Positions 11,799 through 23,720 of a stretch of 64,000 bases of DNA are shown here, piece after piece. Positions within the stretch are counted from its first letter, which is position 1. The number at the start of each line of letters is the position of its first letter. The position numbers were made by a program, and so were the translations under genes. Under the pieces are notes generated by a model that was not told the origin of the DNA, did not search any database, and saw nothing but the letters and a program-made list of their open reading frames with translations. Source of the DNA: Mobula hypostoma (taxonomy: Eukaryota); contig NC_086108.1 of NCBI RefSeq assembly GCF_963921235.1, positions 30,134,001 through 30,198,000 on the forward strand. The letters run 5' to 3'.

Positions 11799-14700
11799 TT
11801 TTTCTTTCTTTTTAAATCTTTTTATTGAATAAGTATACAAAAAGGTAAGCCATATAAACATTAATACAATGTTAAAATATAATAAAATTACAGAAGGTAT
11901 CATTACCAAAAAAGAATACTACAAACAATGTAATTTAAACATAAGAAACCAAGATAACATAATAGTATACTAAATTTTATATATATATCAATAGAAGAAA
12001 AGAAAAAAAAAACCCAAAAAAACCCACCGTGCAACTAACTAAAAGCAAAGCAAAGCAATGGGCTAACTTGAAACCAAACAGAGTTAAACTTAAAATCACG
12101 TCCTCAATCCCGACCTCCATTAAAAACAGTGAAAAAAAAACAAGAAGGGTATATATTACATTAAATGAAAATATCGAATAAAAGATCCCCAAGTCTGTTC
12201 AAATTTAAATGAAGAATCATAAAGGTTACTTCTAATTTTCTCCAGATTCAAACATAATATCGTCTGAGAAAACCAAAAAAAGGTAGTTGGAGCATTAAGC
12301 TCTTTCCAATGTTGTAAAATACATCTTTTCGCCATTAAAGTAAGAAATGCAATCATTCTATGGGCTGAAGGGGAAAGATTACTAGAAATTTTAGGTAGTC
12401 CAAAGATAGCAGTAATAGGGTGAGGAGAGATATCTATATTTAATACCTTAGAAATAATATTAAAAATGTCTCTCCAAAAAGTTTCCAAAGTAGGGCAAGA
12501 CCAAAACATATGAGTTAAAGAGGCTATCTGCCCCGAACATCTATCACAAAAAGGATTAATATGCAAGTAAAAACGCGCTAACTTATCTTTGGACATATGT
12601 GCTCTATGAACAACTTTAAATTGAATTAGGGAATGTTTAGCACAAATAGAGGAAGTATTAACTAATTGTAAAATCTGCCCCCAATCATCCACAGAAATGG
12701 TAAGCCCCAATTCCTGTTCCCAATCTACCCTAATCTTATCAAATGGAGCTTTCCTAAGTTTCATAATGATATTATAAATCATAGCCGATGCACCTTTCTG
12801 ACATGGATTGAGGTTAATTATCGAATCTAAAATATATGTAGGAGGAAGCATTGGAAAGGAAGAAAGTATAGTACTTAGGAAATTTCTAACTTGTAAATAT
12901 CTTAAAAAAATGTATTCTTGATAAGTTATATTTATTAGATAATTGTTCAAAAGACATAAGGGAACCATCTAAAAATAAATCCAAAAACCGTAAAATACCC
13001 TTAGTCTTCCAAATTTGAAAAGCGCGATCCGTAAAAGAGGGAGGAAAAAATATGTTACCTAAAATAGGAATCGCTAACCCGAATTGATTAAGATCAAAAA
13101 ATTTTCTGAATTGAAACCAAATACGCAAAGCATATTTAACTATCGGGTTAGACACATGCTTAAGGCGTTTCGAATCAAAAGGGAGAGAGGAACCTAAAAT
13201 AGAGCCAAGTGTATAGCCCTGAACAGATTGTAGTTCCAATGCTACCCATTTAGGAATAGATAGTATATCCTGGTCAAGTAACCAAAATTTCATATGTCGA
13301 ATATTAATTGCCCAATAATAGAATCTAAAGTTAGGTAATGCTAAACCTCCATCTCTCTTAGCTTTCTGTAAATGTATTTTACCCAGTCTCGGATTTTTAT
13401 TCTGCCAAATAAATGAAGAAATTTTAGAGTCAACTTTATCAAAGAAAGATTTTGGAACAAAAATTGGTAATGCCTGAAACACATATAAAAATTTTGGCAA
13501 AAAAAACATCTTAACTGCATTAATACGACCAATCAAAGTTAAATATAAAGGAAACCATTTAGAAGAAAGTTGAGTGATATGGTCTATTAATGGTAAAAAG
13601 TTAATCTTAAATAAATCTTTATATTTACAAGTAATTTTAATCCCAAGATAAGAAAAATAGTTATCAATCAATTTAAATGGAAATTTATAATATAAGGGAA
13701 GATGTTTATTAATCGGAAAGAGTTCACTCTTACTAAGATTTAATTTATAACCTGAAAAAAAACCAAATTGTGCTAATAACTCTAAAACAGCAGGAATGGA
13801 TTTCTCAGGATTAGAAATATATAAAAGTAAATCATCAGCATAGAGTGATAATTTATGGGACTTTAATCCCCGAGTTATCCCAGTAATATTTGAAGATTCT
13901 CGAATGGCAATTGCAAGAGGTTCTAATGCAGTATCAAATAATAGGGGACTAAGAGGACAGCCTTGTCGAGTACCTCGAAAAAGAGGAAAAAAAGGTGAGT
14001 TTAAAGAGTTAGTACGGACCGAGGCTACAGGGGAATGATATAACAGTTTAATCCAGGATATAAATTTCAAGCTAAAATTAAACATTTCAAGCACCTTAAA
14101 TAAATAAGGCCATTCTACTATATCAAAAGCTTTCTCGGCGTCTAAAGAAATAACACACTCAGGAACATTTTGTGAAGGAGTATAAACGATATTTAACAAT
14201 GTACGAATGTTATAAAAAGAGTAACGACCTTTAATAAAACCCGTTTGGTCTTCCGAAATAATAGAAGGAAGTACTTTTTCTAGTCTATTTGCTAATAACT
14301 TAGAAAAAACTTTAGAATCAACATTTAATAGAGATATTGGTCTATAAGGTGCACATTGAGCAGGGTCTTTATCCTTCTTTAATATTAAAGAAATTGACGC
14401 TCTATTAAAAGATTCAGGAAGTTTACCAAGTTTCAAAGAAGCCTCAAAAACCCTACAGAGCCACGGGATCAATAAAGAAGCAAAACATTTATAAAATTCA
14501 ACGGTAAACCCATCCGGGCCAGGAGCTTTCCCCAAATTCATAGAAAGAATAACATTCTTAATCTCATCCATAGTAATGGAAGTATCTAATATAGAAGACA
14601 TATCCTGTGAAATCTGAGGGAAGTCTAAATTATCTAAAAAATCATTCATATATTTAGAATCTCGAGGAGACTCTGATTGATATAAAGAAGAATAAAAATC

Positions 14701-16571
14701 ACAAAAGGTTTGATTAATCCCCACATGATCCAGTATCAATCGATCATTTTGGTTATAAATCTGATTGATTTGAGATTTAACATAATTCGACTACAATTGA
14801 TTAGCCAGCAGCTTGCCAATTTTATCACTGTGAACATAAAATTCACTTCTTGTTTTCTTTAATTGGTATACAATCAAGGACGAGAGTAGTAAACTGTGTT
14901 CCATTTGAAGTTCAGTTCTTTGTTTGTATAACTCCTCCGAAGGAGCCATAACATATTTCTTATCAATTTCTTTAATCTTGTCCACAATTACCATCTCCTC
15001 CTGCTTCTGCTTCTTCCTCAAAGCAGCAGAATACGAGATAATCTGACCACGAATATAGGCTTTAAAAGTGTCCCAAAGAGTGTTAACCGAAATATCCTCT
15101 GTATGATTAATTGTAAAAAAAAGCTCAATCTGTTCATTCATAAAGTTAACAAAGTCCGAGTCCTGAAGCAACAGCGAATTAAAATGCCATTGTCTATTAT
15201 TTTGTATATTGGCCATAATTTTAATAGAAAGCTTAAGTGGAACATGATCCGAAATGGTTATAGAATCATAATCACATTTAATCACTGAAGGAATAAGACG
15301 AGAATCAATAAAAAAAATCAATTCTTGAATAGGAATGATGAACATGTGAAAAGAAAGAGAAGTCTTTTTCCTGAGGATGCAGAAAACGTCAAATGTCCGT
15401 CGACCCAGAATCAGAAAGGAAAGAGTTAATCAAAGTTGCAGATTTATTAGGTAAGGTCCGTAAAGGAGCCGAACGGTCCAAAGCTGGAGACAAACAGGTA
15501 TTAAGATCTCCGCCCCAGATCAATGAAAACTCGTTCAAATTCGGAAACTGATTAAATAATGATTTATAAAATTCCGGACAGTCCATATTAGGAGCATAAA
15601 CATTAACCAAAACTACTTTTTTATTAAATAGTAAACCACTAACCAATAAAAATCTACCATTCGGATCAGAAAAAATATCCTGTTGTATAAAAGTAACTGA
15701 GGAATCTATAAAAATAGAGACGCCTCGAATCTTAGCATTGGAGTTCAAATGAAATTGTTGTCCCTTCCAGAATTTAAAAAAACGTAGTCTGTCCCCCCTC
15801 CGTACATGGGTCTCTTGTAAAAATAAAATTGGTGCTTTAAGTCTCCGGAACACTTTAAAAACTTTTTTCCTTTTAATAGGATGATTAAGACCGTTAGTAT
15901 TCCAGGAGACAAAATTAATAATAGACTCCATAAATCCTAAAGTCAACCCACAGCGAGGAGGATTGACGATAGGCTCGACCCACGAACCCGGAGAGGAAAC
16001 AGAACATACAAAAGATACCGGGAAAAAGGACGCAACCAGTACTTCAATAATGTATATAGCCCAAAGAGAAAAAAACTAAAACGTGAAGCCCCTCCCACCA
16101 CCCCCCACCCCAAGACCCCAAGGCAAAATCTAAAGCAGACCCGCCCGAAAGAAGCAAGCGCTAAAACTACCCCCATGACTTCCGGTATACGCTCCCTACA
16201 AAAAAGGTATAAATATGAAAAAGATCAGCTAATTGTAAAACAGTAACAAAGTAAAAAAAAGGTAACACAATTAAAATACACACACAACAGAACAAAAGCC
16301 AGAAAATATATATTAAAAAAAAAACCACAATAAACCCCAAACCCATGAATAAACAAAACAACAACAAGAAAAAATAAGATTATTAACATAAACTAGTTAT
16401 AAAAAGCAAAACAAAATAAAATATTAAAAAAACTACAAAATTTAAGGCCACACAGGAAATACGTAAAATGACAATAAGGAAGTAACCACCCAGAATCCCC
16501 TGGGAAAAGAAAGAAATGACGCAGTTAAAAAGAAAGTTTAGCAACCATATTAAGAAATCAAAAAATAAACT
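11799..16571 (-). mobile_element. Inner (younger) L1 with a near-complete but frameshifted ORF2 (~15946 to 12156)
   Basis: Endonuclease SWNTNGLN, LQETH, GGDLN. RT RGTRQGCPLSP, SLYADD in a 617-aa ORF. C-terminal CDRC...HMFWSC. A-rich 3' end at 11799. Flanked by a 77-bp direct repeat. Confidence 0.95.
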
Positions 16572-17233
16572 TTATCAAGATCATACATAGTATTAATCTA
16601 ATAGCGTATAACAAAAAATAAGATAATCAATTCTCCTTTTATCATTTCATGAAAAGAAAAAAGATAAAGAAACTTTTATAATTTATATATATATATAAAA
16701 CACACTATTCTCCATAAAAAAAAACAAAAAAAATAACAAAACAGAAAAGAAATAAAAAAAAAGGGAATGGGCAGCCCATACTGAGAATTAAAGCAAGAAG
16801 AAAGAGAAACTTTGTGATCAAATCCAAAGTTTTGAGAAAGTAACTGGAAGAGCAATACATCAAACCATATGAAAATATTGAATAAAAGGTCGCCAGGTTT
16901 CTTCAAATTTAAAGGATGTATCAAATGTCCGACTTCTTATTGTCTCTAAACTTAGACAGGACATAATGGAGGAAAGCCAATAAAAAACAGTAAGTGGATT
17001 AGAATCCTTCCATTTAAGCAAAATGGCTCTCCTAGCCAATAAAGTTGTAAAAGCTATCATCCATTGAGTGGAATCAGGAATATATCCTGCTTCCGGTGGA
17101 ATGATCCCAAAAATTGCTGTAAATAAATTCGGTTGTAGGTCCAAATTCAAGACTTTTGATAAAGTTTTAAAGACATCTTTCCAAAAATTATCTATCTTGA
17201 TACAAGACCAAAACATATGAGTTAAAGTAGCCA

Positions 17234-18406
17234 CCGCTCTCAGGATAAGGCTTTTCATTCCAGGACGAGGGAGATGTCCTCCTTTATTAAAGAAAGGGGC
17301 TTCCCTTCCTCCACTATCAACTCTGCTCTCAAACGCATCTCCCCCATTTCACGTACATCTGCACTCACTCCATCCTCCCGCCACCCCACTAGGAATAGGG
17401 TTCCCCTGGTCCTCATCTACCCCCCCCCCCACCAGCCTCCGGGTCCAACATATTATTTTCCGTAACTTCCGCCACCTCCAACGGGATCCCACCACTAAGC
17501 ACATCTTTCCTTCCTCCCCCTCTGTTTTGCGCAGGGATCGCTCCCTGCGCGACTCCCTTGTCCATTCGTCTCCCCCATCCCTCCCCACTGATCTCCCTCC
17601 TGGCACTTATCCTTGTAAGCGGAACAAGTGCTACACATGCCCTTACACTTTCTCCCTTACCACCATTCAGGGCCCCAAACAGTCCTTCCAGGTGAGGCGA
17701 CACTTCACCTGTGAGTCGGCTGGGGTAATATACTGCGTCCGGTGCTCCCGATGTGGCCTTCTATATATTGGCGAGACCCAACGCAGACTGGGAGACCACT
17801 TTGCTGAAAACCTACGCTCTGTCCGCCAGAGAAAGCAGGATCTTCCAGTGGCCACACATTTTAATTCCACATCCCATTCCCATTCTGACATGTCTATCCA
17901 CGGCCTCCTCTACTGTAAAGATGAAGCCACACTCAGGTTGGAGGAACAACACCTTATATTCCGTTTGGGTAGCCTCCAACCTGATGGCATGAACATCGAT
18001 TCCTCTAACTTCCACTAATGCCCCACCTCCCCCTTGTACCCCATCTGTTATTTATTTTTATACACACATTCCTTCTCTCACTCTCCTTTTTCTCCCTCTG
18101 TCCCTCTGACTATACCCCTTGCCCATCCTCTGGGTTCCCCCCCCTTTTCTTTCTCCCTGGACCTCCTCTCCCATGATCCTCTCGTATCCCCTTTGCCAAT
18201 CACCTGTCCAGCTCTTGGCTCCATCCCTCCCCCTCCTGTCTTCTCCTATCATTTTGGATCTCCCCCTCCCCCTCCCACTTTCAAATCCCTTACTCACTCT
18301 TCCTTCAGTTAGTCCTGACGAAGAATCTCGGCCTGAAACGTCGACTGTACCTCTTCCTAGAGATGCTGCCTGGCCTGCTGCGTTCACCAGCAACTTTGAT
18401 GTGTGT
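17234..18406 (+). mobile_element. Penelope-like element 3' part (GIY-YIG ORF and terminal region) inside the outer L1
   Basis: ORF 17527-18018 CKRNKCYTC...VIYCVRCSRCGLLYIGETQRRL. The L1 reading CDRCNIEV / ATLTHMFWSC rejoins across it. Confidence 0.92.
18311..18346 (+). ncRNA. Minimal hammerhead-ribozyme-like motif in a Penelope terminus (stem II degenerate)
   Basis: agtc-CTGACGA-agaatctcggcct-GAAAC-GTC-gact: CUGANGA and GAAA core boxes, a GUC triplet and agtc/gact pairing as stem I. Confidence 0.55.
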
Positions 18407-21400
18407 TACCTCAATATTACATCTGTCGCAAATAGGATTAATATTGGGAAAAATACGGGCTAATTTATCGTTTGACATATGTGCCCGATGTACTACCTTG
18501 AACTGTATCAAGGAATGACGGGCACAAACAGATGAAGTATTTACCAAATGAAAAATTTTATCCCATTGATTATCTGAAAGTGGCTCTTGAAATTTCAATT
18601 CCCACTCACCTTTAATTTTATCGTTAGATACCTTTCGCAAATTCAATAACCATTTATAAACGATAGCTATCAGTCCTTTTTGAAATGGTTTAACCTGAAA
18701 AAGAGTATCTATCATATTGGGTGGATAAGCAGAGGGAAAATTTAGAAGTAAACTACATAAAAAATTCCTAATTTGTAATTTTCTAAAAAAGTGTGCATTA
18801 GATAAGTCATATTTGTCCACTAACTGAGTGAAAGACATTAAACAATCCCCCATAAACAAATCTAAAAAAGTTATTATTCCTTTGGTTTTCCAAATTGAAA
18901 AGGTCTGATCGGAAAGTGATGGCTTAAAAAAATAGTCAAGATGGATTTTACCAGAAAGAACAAAGTTATTAAACTCAAAAAATCTATGAAACTGAAACCA
19001 AATTCTTAATGTATGTTTAATAATGGGATTGAGGTCTCGACTACCTATCTTAGAAAGCAAAAAAGGAAGAGGAGCTCCCAGTAAAGAGGTTAAAGAATAC
19101 CCCTTCACTGAGTTTTTCTCCAAATCCACCCATAAAGGACAGTCATGTATGTCTGAATAATGCATCCAAAATGAAATATATCAAAATATTAATTGCCCAG
19201 TAATACATTCTAAAATTTGGCAAAGCCATACCACCATGCTTTTTTAATTTCTGCAATAGAGGTTTACTCAATCTAGGATTTTTATTATTCCAAATATAAG
19301 TTAAAAATTTTAGAGTCCATTCTATCAAAAACAGTTTAAGAACAAAGGAAGGGATTGCTTGAAATACATATAAGAACTTCGGTAGCACTATCATTTTAAT
19401 ATCATTAATTCGACCAATTAATGATAATGTCATAGGAGACCATTTAGAACGTATTTGTTGCGTGTACTTAATTAATGGAAGAAAGTTAATTTTAATACCA
19501 AGATAAGTAAGGTTATTTTTTGCAGTGCTAAAAGGAATTTGGTCATATTGATCCAAGTATTTATTAATAGGAAATAGCTCACTTTTGTGCAAATTTAATT
19601 TATATCCAGTAAAACCACTAAATTCAGAAAATATAGTTAACATAGAAGGAATAGATTTCTTAGGATCTGAAATATAAACTGACGAGTCATCTGCATACAA
19701 CGAAACCTTTTGCACTTTATCTCCTCTCTTAATACCTTGAACATTGTTGGGGTCCCGAAGAGCAACAGCAAGAGGTTCTAAAGCCAGATTAAATAACAGC
19801 AGACTAAGAGGACAACCCTGACAGGTACCTCTGTATAGCCTAAAATAAGGAGATCTTTGATTGTTAGTTATAACTGCCGCCATAGGAGCTTGATAGATCA
19901 GCTTAATCCAAGAAATAAAACCTGGACCAAACTTAAATCTTTCTAAAACCTTGAATAAATAAGACCACTCTATCCTAAAAAAGGCTTTCTTTGCATCAAG
20001 AGAAACAACACATTCGGATTCTTTAGATGGATAGGAATAAATAATGTTCAATGATCTCCGAATATTAAAATATGAATATCTATTCTTAATAAATCCAGTT
20101 TGATCCTTAAAAATAACCTTAGGTAAAATATTCTCGAGCCTGCTAGCTAAAATCTTAGAAAGAATTTTAGAATCCACATTTAATAAGGAAATTGGTCTGT
20201 AAGAGGCACATTCAGTTAAATCTTTTTTGGGAAATAATGAAACTGATGCCTCACAGAAAGTTTTCTGAAGGGTCCCAGAGGATATAGAATCAGTGAAAAT
20301 TTGACATAAATGAGGTGCAAGTATTTCAGTAAAAGTCTTGAAAAATTCTACTGTAAATCCATCCGGCCCCAGAGCTTTACCCTGATTGAAAAGAGGATGT
20401 AGCCCTTGCTATTTCCTCTCATTTAATAGGCACATCTAATGTATTAATATCATTCAATCTTTGCAAGAATCTATTCATAAAAGTAGTATTGTCTGGAACA
20501 TCTGATTTATAAAGGTTAGAGTAAAAATCCAGAAATACCCTATTAATTTCCTGACAATCTGACATTTCAGTTCTTTATATTTTCAAAATCTGCCTTCTAG
20601 CATAGTTGCTTTAAGTTGACCAGCCAACAGTTTACCTGACTTATCCCCATGTATATAAAATTGACTTTTAAATTTCAAAAGTTGCGTCTCAATGGGAAAA
20701 GTCAAAAGCAGATCATGCTGTGTTTGAAGTTCCACCCTTACATTATATAGATCTTCACTAGGTGTTACTGAATAAACTTTATCTATTTCTTTAATCCTGT
20801 TAGTAATCACTAAAAGTTCCGCTTTAGTTTTCCTTCAAGAGCTACTGAATATGAGATTATCTGTCCCCTAAGAAAAGATTTCATCGCATCCCAAATAACC
20901 AAATATGACATACCCTCAATTGTATTTAATTCAAAAAATAAAGAAATTTGCTCTTTAATAAAACTTACAAATGCTGAATCATGCAGCAGTGTAGCATTAA
21001 ATCTCCACTGAGATGCATTCCACATATTATCAGGGAACTTCAGTATTAGTTTTGTGGGTGCATGATCCAACAATGCAATAGCTTCATACGCACAGTCAGC
21101 AACAAACGGCACCAATCGCGTATCCAACAAAAAATAATCAATTCTTGAATATTTGTAATGTACATGTGAAAAAAAAAGAAAAATCCTTATCTTTAGGATG
21201 AAGAAATCTCCAAATATCAACCAAACCGTATTCTAGTAAAAAAGAATTAATACAGGTTGCAGCCTTATTAGGAAGCCATGGATTGGTTGATGACATATCA
21301 ATCGAAGGATTGAGACAACAGTTAAAGTCACTGCCCATGATCAACTTATATTCATTTAAATTTGGCAACACAGAAAATAAGCTCTTAAAAATTCAGAGCT

Positions 21401-22729
21401 ATCTACATTAGGTGCCTACACACACACACCAAAGCCATCTTTTGACCACATAACAAACCAGTAACAACTAAGTATCTTCCAATTGAATCAGTGACAGTAC
21501 TAAAATGTACAAAAGGGAATTTAAAATTAATAAAAATAGATACCCTCTAATTTTAGTTACTAATGAAGAGTGAAACAGAGCCCGTCCAAAATTTAAAAGA
21601 ACAGTTTTCATCCTCCCTACGGACATGGGTCTTTTGCACAAAAATAAAATCAGCTTGGAGTGTTTTAAAGATCTTTCTATGCTTAATAGGTTGGTTCTAG
21701 CCATTCAGGTTCCAAGAGATTATATTAATTTTATTAACATCCATAATAAGGCTTTAACTTAAGATTTTATAAAATAAGTTAGTGCGATGGCACAGATCAA
21801 ACCCACAGGAAAGAACAAATTATGGATTCGATCAGAGAGGAGAAAAACATGATTGACAGGAAAACCTCTCAGGACTGCCCAGTCAGAAAAGCCTAAACTA
21901 ATAGCCCCACCTCCTTCCCCCCAAAGCCCGAAAACCATCCAATAGGCGGACATCATGCTAAACTATAATCACTTAACCCCTGTCTCCAAGACAAACTCCT
22001 CTTTAAAAGTTATACGCTAACACCACCACTGACTAAAGACACAACAACACATACATGAAGATATAAACAAATTCCAAATATTTTGATTTTATGTCTAACA
22101 GAGGTTAAAACATAGTTAACAGCGGCCATCTTAAATTCATCTAATAAAAATTGATCATTCGAAAAAGATAGATCCAACCAAATAATATGTTACGACTAGT
22201 GTTAAACTCTTACAAATCCTAAAGGAAAAGATAAAACAGCCAAAACGATGTCTGGGCAGACATAAAATGTAGATTAAACTTTCAACGATCCAGCTACAAA
22301 CGACTCCCAGCCAAGGATTAAGGAACCAAAATTTTCTTGGTGACAAGAGGCAGAGGAAAATGATGGACGGGTGTTGTTTCTAACTGGAAGTCTGTACCCA
22401 GTGATGCACCGCAGGTATCGGTGCTTAGACCATATAAATACTTGAATGAAAATGTAGGTGAACTGGCTAGTAAGTACACTGACCCCAAAAAATACTGGAC
22501 GAGTGAAGCAGAATGAAGCAGTTCAAAGTTCAAAGTAAATATATTATCAAAGTACATACATGTCACCAAATATAACCCTGAGATTTGTTTTCTTGTTGCA
22601 TACTTAATAACTCTGTTGTTGTCTATATTGCTTGATTTAACTTTATAACAGGTGTCGGTATTCAAGCCCTACCACAATTGCTGAGCATCTTTTGTTGATC
22701 GTTATTCTGGAATTGCCACTTCACCCATC

Positions 22730-23030
22730 AGATGACTTTCCAGAAACCGTTCCTGGACCTCTTGTAACTTTCTTGGTCACTAGGCTTGAATGCCTCTAAC
22801 CTGGCCCTCAGCAGATTGCGGACCTCATGGTTCATCCAGGGCTTCTGGATGATTTTGTGGAGCCACACTCGTATCCAACTGTTTAATAAAGTCCGTGACA
22901 ACCGTGGTATATTCATTCAGATCCACAGATTAGTCCTTGACTCTTGTCCACTTGATGAAGTTGGGTGGAGCGGTGAGATATTGAATTTAATCCAGGCATG
23001 TATGAGATAATGTCAAATGCAGACAGGACG
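22730..23030 (-). mobile_element. Rex1/Babar-like LINE internal fragment
   Basis: QKPWMNHEVRNLLRAR in ORF 22728-22916. Confidence 0.55.
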
Positions 23031-23059
23031 TGTGCAGGAGAAGGCGGAGAATTAGAGAC

Positions 23060-23720
23060 TTCAGGAGTACTGATGTACAGAGTGGTGTTGGGGCACAAGT
23101 TCATAGCCCCCTGGAGATGGTGACTGCGGTGGATAAGGTAGCAGTGCTTTTGACGTGCTTGCCTTCACAGGGCAAAGCATTATGTATGGTACGTTGGGCT
23201 GTCATGTTGCAGCTGTACAAAACATCGGCCAGGCTGCACTTGGGATATTGCATACCATTCAGGTCACCAACAAAAGGAAGGATGCGGTAGCAATAGAAAG
23301 AGTGCAGAAAAGATTGACCAGGAGATTGAGTGGAATGGAGAGCTTTCCTTAAAAGGATTTTTAAGAAAAAATGAGCTGGATTTGCTGAGGAGGCTGAGGG
23401 GGTGACCTTATAGAGGTTTACTAAATTAGAAGAGGTGTAGATTGGGTAAACATTCTTTTCCTAGAATGGGTGAGTCTGAAATTAAAGGGGACAGGTGTAA
23501 AATTTTTAAAGGAGATCTGAGGGCAAGGTTTCCCTTGAGTGGCCAGGGGGAGTGGTAGATACAATTACAATATTGAAATGGCATTTAGACAGATGCTTGA
23601 AAAGAAGGTGGTTCTGGGCTTAGTGTGGACAAAAGGGACTGGTGCAGATAGGCAGCATGTTTAGCATAGTCAAGTTGGGCTGAAGGGCTCATTTCTGTGC
23701 TGTATACCATTATGTCTCTG
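23060..23720 (+). mobile_element. Old CR1 3' fragment
   Basis: VMLQLYKT..RLHLGYC and IERVQKRLTR motifs. Confidence 0.75.

Larger units (their letters stand above)
11612..22321 (-). mobile_element. Outer (older) 5'-truncated L1, inserted in a CR1 fragment and interrupted by an inner L1 and a Penelope copy
   Basis: 17-bp TSD GGAACCAAAATTTTCTT at 11595-11611 and 22322-22338. ORF2 fragments: endonuclease (GSDFN, YSRIDY), RT (SLYADD, 19143-20177) and C-terminus CDRC...THMFWSC split at 17234/18406. Confidence 0.9.
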
